DNA of 60,833 nt from Spirochaetes bacterium RBG_13_51_14 (GTDB lineage: Bacteria > Spirochaetota > UBA4802 > UBA5550). The position numbers and the translations under genes are program-made. A model generated the notes under the pieces. The model did no database searches. It worked only from the letters and a program-made list of their open reading frames with translations, and had not been told where the DNA came from. Shown here one piece after another: positions 55,627-60,833 of this stretch (position 1 is its first letter; every line of letters starts with the position of its first letter). The stretch lies in the NCBI GenBank assembly GCA_001829455.1, contig MIBH01000062.1:1-60833 (forward strand). The letters are read 5' to 3'.

Positions 55627-56424
55627 ATGAGGAGTAATAATATGATAATGAGAAAGCACGTTAATGTTATGTCGCTTATTCTGGTAAGCGTTTTCGCATT
55701 TTCTTTTGTATTCGCCCAGGAGAAAGCCGCCACGAAAGATGAAGGCATACAGAGAATGCCCGACGGTTCATACAGAAGCAAGGATCACGACGAGTCCACC
55801 AGGCCGGAAGACGACTATCTCGCCAAATTCCATGCGATTGATGTCGTCAACAGATTGATGAAGAGAAACATTGATGACATATATCTCCTCAAGGTCATTA
55901 CAATGAATAATTCCGGAAAGGCCGACTGGAACACCAAGTATCAGGCAGCTTACAACGGCTATAAAGACGGCATGGGGCAGTTCTATAAGAGGAATATAAT
56001 CTATGCCCGCGACAAACTGGAAAAGAACCAGGCTGACATTCGGGAATTTTTCAAGATAGTTATCGAGGAATACAAAAATCAGTGCGAAGAACTTTTAAAT
56101 GAATGCGCCGGAAAGGTCCTCTTGTTGCATCTGGATGTCAGCTCACGGATTGACCCGGACAGAGCCGATCAGCTGTTTACAAATCATCTGAGATTGAGAG
56201 TGGCCTACGGACAGCTTGATGACGCGTATTTGGCAACGCGCGAAAAATATTACAGCGGCGCCATATACCACCTGCGGGTGTGCCGCGCGTATGGCATATC
56301 CATACTCGAGGAGCTGGCGAAAGATGAAAATGAAAAGAAAAGCATTCATGATAAGTACAAGATTATCAAAGCCGATAACCTCAACAGGGTATTCGCCGAA
56401 AAGGGAGCCGCAACAACCAAATAG
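55627..56424 (+). CDS. Secreted helical hypothetical protein
   Basis: Signal peptide MSLILVSVFAFSFVFAQE; the start is ambiguous among ATGs at 55627, 55642 and 55648. Confidence 0.5.
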   Translation: MRSNNMIMRKHVNVMSLILVSVFAFSFVFAQEKAATKDEGIQRMPDGSYRSKDHDESTRPEDDYLAKFHAIDVVNRLMKRNIDDIYLLKVITMNNSGKADWNTKYQAAYNGYKDGMGQFYKRNIIYARDKLEKNQADIREFFKIVIEEYKNQCEELLNECAGKVLLLHLDVSSRIDPDRADQLFTNHLRLRVAYGQLDDAYLATREKYYSGAIYHLRVCRAYGISILEELAKDENEKKSIHDKYKIIKADNLNRVFAEKGAATTK

Positions 56425-56446
56425 ATTTTTCATCACACGCTTTTGT

Positions 56447-56477
56447 AAAAAAAAGGGGATATACTCCCCTTTTTTTG
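56447..56477 (+). terminator. Rho-independent terminator
   Basis: AAGGGGA-TATAC-TCCCCTT followed by a T6 run, 23 nt after the stop at 56424. Confidence 0.75.
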
Positions 56478-56634
56478 TTTATTATATTACCTCACTGTGA
56501 TAGTTTTGACGCGTCTTTTCATCATGCTGGATGCACATTACAACAAAGTATCATGATTGCACATGAAGGCGGTTAATAAGAAAATAAAAAATTACAATTA
56601 TCATGTCGTCGAGTTCTATTTTTTTGTGTTGGAC

Positions 56635-57987
56635 ATGTTTTCAAACCGCCGGGTGGTACTATCACTTTTTGTTGTTGTTCTTTTTTTTATGCCGTCGGTA
56701 ACAAACAGAAATGAATTCCCAACGTACCGGGTCGTCCTCGATCCCGGGCACGGAGGAGTCGCACTGCATCCCATGTCGGTGCACGGCGACCGGTATGAAA
56801 CAATTTTCCGGAGGTATCTTGATTATTATAAGGAAGGCGCGGCCCGCGGGGCTCTGCGCGAGCCGGTCATTGTATATTCCATTGCCAGGAAAGTTGAAAA
56901 AATACTGAAGCTCCTAACGCCGGGAAGAAATAATACAAAGTTTTATCAAATGCTGGAGAGGTATGCGGACGGCGCGCCGCGGAAAATCTACCTCATCACC
57001 TCTCTGAGCAGGGACAGATCGATTTCAGAAAATGAAGCGGATATCATGGATGATCCGAACGCCAACTACAGAATGTTCGACTACCCGGATCTGGACGGCC
57101 GCATCCGGCCGGGGCGAATATCGAGGATTAACGAGGGGAAACCCCACCTGGTCGTGTCGCTCCACCTGGCTGATGCGGGACCGCAGGATTTTGAAGGGAT
57201 GAGCCCGGTCATAACGCCGCCGTATCGGTTTCTTCATGAAGGTTTGCGGTATCTGCAAATGAAGCAGAAGGAGAAGAAGTTTTATACCAGCAGTCCCTAT
57301 CGCGACTGGTTCGTGGAGGAGACCACACGGTCTGATTTTAGCTGGTTTCTCAATGACGTATCCCTTTATTTTACCGGTTATCCGCTGATGAAGAATAAAC
57401 AGACGGACCGGAGAAACTTCAAGGGATACCGGTATAACATGGTGACCTGGTCCTACGCTGACAGTCCCGGATGGGAACACGCAGCGCGTTACCACATTCC
57501 CTCGTCGCGATACGCATCGTCCGTGAAGGACTTCGTGCCGGACGGGAGATTCTGGGATCGGGAGCGGTCGATGTATGAAGGGTTCAGACGGGACGGCGGG
57601 GAGGAAGGTTTCGGCGGCGACAATGCCTACGCATCGTATGAAATTATACGGTACGTATGTAATTCCCTGAATTTGCACGGGAACGACTACCGGACGCAGA
57701 AACCGGGCAAGAGCTATATATCGGTCTGGATCATGCCGCTCCACGTCAATGCGATAAACGCCTTTATAGAACTGGGGTATCTGAACAGGAGCAGGGACCG
57801 GTACCTCCTCACCAAGAAACAGGATGAAATCGCGGAGGGAATCGCCGTGGGGATTTTTTCCCTCCTGGCCGGTCTTGAGGTGAAGGATAAGAAATTCAGA
57901 TATATGCCGAGGGGAAAAGCCATTGATTTCAGAAAGTACGGGATTTCGGAAGATGAAAACTATTTTAACACGGTTACCGGGGATTAG
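56635..57987 (+). CDS. Divergent N-acetylmuramoyl-L-alanine amidase (Amidase_3)-like protein
   Basis: YRVVLDPGHGG and HLVVSLHLAD resemble the first two zinc-ligand blocks of Amidase_3, but with long insertions. The start is uncertain (56557 TTG, 56563 ATG, 56635 ATG before the TM helix). Confidence 0.5.
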   Translation: MFSNRRVVLSLFVVVLFFMPSVTNRNEFPTYRVVLDPGHGGVALHPMSVHGDRYETIFRRYLDYYKEGAARGALREPVIVYSIARKVEKILKLLTPGRNNTKFYQMLERYADGAPRKIYLITSLSRDRSISENEADIMDDPNANYRMFDYPDLDGRIRPGRISRINEGKPHLVVSLHLADAGPQDFEGMSPVITPPYRFLHEGLRYLQMKQKEKKFYTSSPYRDWFVEETTRSDFSWFLNDVSLYFTGYPLMKNKQTDRRNFKGYRYNMVTWSYADSPGWEHAARYHIPSSRYASSVKDFVPDGRFWDRERSMYEGFRRDGGEEGFGGDNAYASYEIIRYVCNSLNLHGNDYRTQKPGKSYISVWIMPLHVNAINAFIELGYLNRSRDRYLLTKKQDEIAEGIAVGIFSLLAGLEVKDKKFRYMPRGKAIDFRKYGISEDENYFNTVTGD

Positions 57988-59236
57988 CCTTGTCGTCCTG
58001 GCCCTAACGCTGATTTCAGCCGCGCCCGATGATTTTAACGCCAGATTCATATATGCGGCTGGATCGGTGAAAAATTCGGTAGTGAGCATTTCCATATACG
58101 AAAAAAAGGACGGTGAAACAAATTACAGCAAGGTCGCTTACGGATCCGGGACCATCATCGAAGACGGCTACATCGTCACGAATTACCATGTGGTCATGAA
58201 AGGGGAATATTATCAGGTTCTCTTTAACGACGGCAATAATCTTGAGCTCGAGCGGTTCAAGAACGGCAGATACTTCCTCGCCGATCCGAAAACAGACATC
58301 GCACTGTTAAAAATCAGAAATGCCCAACGTTTTCCCCTGCGCCCGGTCGCTTTTGAAAATTCAAACCGACTGTCGGAGGGAGAATGGGTGCTTGCCATCG
58401 GGAATCCATACGGCCTGCGGCAGACCATCACCAGCGGCATCGTTTCATCAAAGGGGAGGGATAATATCGGCTTCGCTGATATTGAGGATTTTATACAGAC
58501 CGACGCGTCCATCAATCCCGGCAATTCCGGCGGCCCCCTCATAAACCTGAACGGAAGGCTGGTGGGCATTAATACCGCCATACGGTCCGAATCGGGAGGA
58601 TTTCAGGGGATCAGCTTCGCCATACCGTCAAACCTGGTGAAGCAGGTTTACCGCGAGCTCATCCTGCATGGGAGGGTTCGCCGGGGGTGGATCGGATTTC
58701 TAGTGAAGGAGAAGCGGGCAGAGAGCGGAAAAGATGGCGGTTATTTGGCGATTATTTCGGTAATAAAAAATTCGCCGGCCGAATCGGCTGGCCTCAGGGC
58801 GGGAGATGTTATACGTGAGGTTGACGGTGAGAAGATAACTACCCTGGGAAGCCTCATCAGGGCTGTGGGTAATAAACCGGTAGGCTCCAGGATTGATATT
58901 TCTGTTTCACGGGACAGGCGGATCGAGAATGCCCGCCTGACGTTACGGGAGAGGAGGGTTTACAAAAAAATACGGAAAGGGATGAACCTGCTCTTCATGC
59001 ACTACGGCATTGAAATTGATGAAAACTCGGAAACCGGCGGCGTGGTCATTTCATATGTGTCGCCGAAGAGTATACTATATAACTTGAAAAAGGGCGACGT
59101 TATTTTGTCAGTAAACGGGAGGGAGGTATCTTCCCTTGATGCTTTTATGCGGATTTTTGACCGCCACGGCCGCCGGCTTGCCCGGATGACGGTGAACCGT
59201 GACTCCCGGGTCCTGAATATCGATCTCGGGGAATAA
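57953..59236 (+). CDS. htrA: HtrA/DegP-family serine protease with two PDZ domains
   Basis: Catalytic triad contexts TNYHVV, DIALLKI and GNSGGPLINLNGRLVGINTA. The signal peptide starts at ATG 57953; ORF-track start 57923 is TTG. Confidence 0.88.
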   Translation: MKTILTRLPGISLVVLALTLISAAPDDFNARFIYAAGSVKNSVVSISIYEKKDGETNYSKVAYGSGTIIEDGYIVTNYHVVMKGEYYQVLFNDGNNLELERFKNGRYFLADPKTDIALLKIRNAQRFPLRPVAFENSNRLSEGEWVLAIGNPYGLRQTITSGIVSSKGRDNIGFADIEDFIQTDASINPGNSGGPLINLNGRLVGINTAIRSESGGFQGISFAIPSNLVKQVYRELILHGRVRRGWIGFLVKEKRAESGKDGGYLAIISVIKNSPAESAGLRAGDVIREVDGEKITTLGSLIRAVGNKPVGSRIDISVSRDRRIENARLTLRERRVYKKIRKGMNLLFMHYGIEIDENSETGGVVISYVSPKSILYNLKKGDVILSVNGREVSSLDAFMRIFDRHGRRLARMTVNRDSRVLNIDLGE

Positions 59237-59261
59237 GAGAAGAAAGAGAGGCATCCTGAAT

Positions 59262-59705
59262 ATGATACACAAATTGGCGCTCATGACAGTGTTGGCGCTG
59301 ATCCCGATTATGGCCGCGCCGGAGGAGAGTGAAAGCGGCAGGATTCCGATGGACAATAAGTTCTTTTCGGAGTTTTACCGGACGCCGCCGGTACTCAGGG
59401 ACGGCCTGCTGGAGAACATGCTCAACTCCATCGTGCTGGGAAGGGGGTTGATAAAATCCATCGATAAGACACAGCGGTTTAAAAAAAAGTACCGCATCGT
59501 GCTGGTCGACCTTGATGCTGAGCGGATGAACGTCAGAATCGTCTACTATATTTATATCGACAGTAAGAATTCAATATCAATGTTGAAGGAAAATGAAAAC
59601 CTGGAATTTTCCGGTCAGCTGGTTGCGTATACTCCAGCGAATACGAAACGGGATTATTACATTCTGGATATTTTATTTGAAGGGGGCGCCATACTGGTTC
59701 AATGA
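59262..59705 (+). CDS. Secreted hypothetical protein
   Basis: Signal peptide MIHKLALMTVLALIPIMAAPEE; 147 aa. Confidence 0.5.
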   Translation: MIHKLALMTVLALIPIMAAPEESESGRIPMDNKFFSEFYRTPPVLRDGLLENMLNSIVLGRGLIKSIDKTQRFKKKYRIVLVDLDAERMNVRIVYYIYIDSKNSISMLKENENLEFSGQLVAYTPANTKRDYYILDILFEGGAILVQ

Positions 59706-59710
59706 CAGTG

Positions 59711-59838
59711 TCCGGGGCTGTCTAAAAACTTCCCCCCAACCCCCCCCAAGGGGGGGCTTTTCAATAAAAATTAGTGCGAAAAAGTCCCCCTCTGGGGGAT
59801 ATAGGGGGCTTTTGGGACAAGCCCCATGTCAGATAATG
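59711..59838. repeat. Intergenic inverted-repeat/hairpin element, short copy
   Basis: GGGGCTGTC...GACAAGCCCC termini. The interior is C6-AA-C8-AA-G7 and C5-TCT-G5-ATATA-G5. Collinear with 33863-34046. Confidence 0.8.
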
Positions 59839-59860
59839 GGGAATAGGACAGGTTGCATGT

Positions 59861-60833
59861 ATGCGCGCTGAAAAGAGCATCAGCATCCTCGCGGCCGCAG
59901 CATTTCTGCTGATATCCGCCCTCCCGTGCGCCGCAGCCATCGGTATCCAGAAACATGAAGACGCGGTCATTCAGAGCGCATCGAACGGAGATTATCCGCG
60001 CCTGTTTGAAACGCTGGAGAAAATGATCCTGGAGCATCCGGTTCATCCTGTTTCAGTCCTCTATTATCCCCTTTTATTTCAGATGGCAGACCTGTATGGC
60101 GCAGTGGCAGTTGAGAAAACCGCAGAAAAAATCAAGGCGTCCATCATCGCTAACCGGAGCGAAAACTCCGCTTTGTGCCTCCTGCACCTCAATGCTGAAC
60201 TGGAGCGGCTTCTCTACCGCTATAAGAGCGAGCGGGGGAAGAAAATAACCGATGAGCTGAGGCCCGTCAGGAAATGGACGCTGATCGGGCCCTATGAGCG
60301 GTATGGTGCCGGTGATCGCGATTTTGTGTTTAAGCCGGAGATCATGTCAGACAGCGGCGCCGTTTCTCCGCAGAAACGGATATATATCGCGGATTATGAC
60401 GGGTGGCTTGATCCCGGGAAATACCTGTATCCTGATCGCGGGATCGTCTATGCCAGGGTATCATTCCGCGTCCAGGATGCGGTGAAGATACGAATATATT
60501 CCCGATCCGCCTACACGGCGTTCATCAACGGAAAGGAGGCGACCCGCAACACTGCGGATGATTTTCGGAAAATCCGCGTCATACGGGTCCGCAATGTCCG
60601 CGGCATCACCGTTTTATTGAAACTGTTCGGGACCCCCTTTGAGCGGGTACGCCTGGTGATCACCGATGAGCGTGATGCCGTGGTTGAGCCGGATACGGAG
60701 TACGAAGCCGCGTTCACCGACAGCGGTGAGGTGTCGGAAGAGCTGGATTTCCCCGGCCCATATTTTTTGGATACGGCCGGCGGCGTGCCGGGGGATATCG
60801 CGCATCTGGGCGAATACTTTGATAATCTGGAGA
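59861..60833 (+). CDS. Secreted hypothetical protein, N-terminal 324 aa; continues past the right edge
   Basis: Absent from ORF track (no stop in window). ATG 59861 gives MRAEKSISILAAAAFLLISALPCAAA (signal peptide), and the frame stays open to 60833. Confidence 0.6.
   Translation, partial: MRAEKSISILAAAAFLLISALPCAAAIGIQKHEDAVIQSASNGDYPRLFETLEKMILEHPVHPVSVLYYPLLFQMADLYGAVAVEKTAEKIKASIIANRSENSALCLLHLNAELERLLYRYKSERGKKITDELRPVRKWTLIGPYERYGAGDRDFVFKPEIMSDSGAVSPQKRIYIADYDGWLDPGKYLYPDRGIVYARVSFRVQDAVKIRIYSRSAYTAFINGKEATRNTADDFRKIRVIRVRNVRGITVLLKLFGTPFERVRLVITDERDAVVEPDTEYEAAFTDSGEVSEELDFPGPYFLDTAGGVPGDIAHLGEYFDNLE

Noticed and set aside
57025-58095. 356-aa ORF antisense to the amidase-like gene and the htrA start
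   Set aside because: It has an R/P/V-rich composition, no motif and no SD. The sense-strand genes have signal peptides and recognisable motifs.
1-60833. Searched by eye for CRISPR arrays, rRNA/tRNA genes, transposases, integrases, reverse transcriptases, toxin-antitoxin pairs and known defence-system ATPase/nuclease pairs
   Set aside because: I found no regularly spaced direct repeats, no T-loop-containing tRNA-like sequences and no mobility or defence signatures. Absence by eye is not proof; tRNAscan-SE, Infernal/Rfam, and DefenseFinder or PADLOC should be run.

Overview
Chromosomal window of a diderm (Gram-negative-type) bacterium; I cannot assign a taxon from the sequence alone. I count about 57 protein-coding genes. 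By eye there is no rRNA, tRNA or CRISPR array, and no transposase, integrase or phage gene. The left 15 kb (1-14850) is a mostly minus-strand glycan-modification locus. It holds gmd-rmd (GDP-6-deoxyhexose), two tandem MBOAT + membrane-anchored partner modules, three GT4 glycosyltransferases, an AT-rich opposite-strand sulfotransferase-like gene, and cysC-cysD-cysN (PAPS synthesis; cysN is cut by the window edge). Next come envelope genes: a LysM/coiled-coil lipoprotein, a beta-propeller protein, a site-2 protease, lipoproteins, and a ~800-aa membrane-anchored coiled-coil protein with a 66-bp tandem repeat. After these lie the conserved rpmH-rnpA-yidD-yidC-jag-mnmE block, an orphan 599-aa protein, an MnmC-like methyltransferase, a B12-radical-SAM enzyme, an acylphosphatase, yerC-like/trpB2, recN-nadK and an Hpt protein. 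A ccmABC(D)EF operon follows; it is of the 'variant System I' type (CcmE with CxxxY, no ccmH) and is led by an unknown lipoprotein. The right end carries rplM-rpsI, recX, a small ATPase, alaS, a cheX-like gene, a solute symporter, glycerate kinase, an amidase_3-like protein, htrA, and a secreted protein that runs off the right edge. The strongest non-coding signal is a family of C-run/G-run hairpin elements in five intergenic regions. Two of them (33863-34046 and 59711-59838) are clear copies of one element that differ by two nested hairpin insertions. The best candidate for an undescribed system is the PAPS-coupled sulfation plus double O-acylation glycan locus; this rests on motif reading only. 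The ORF track shows TTG/GTG starts as 'M', so I trimmed several genes to downstream ATGs where a Shine-Dalgarno or signal-peptide argument supports it. All motif calls were made by eye, with no database search.
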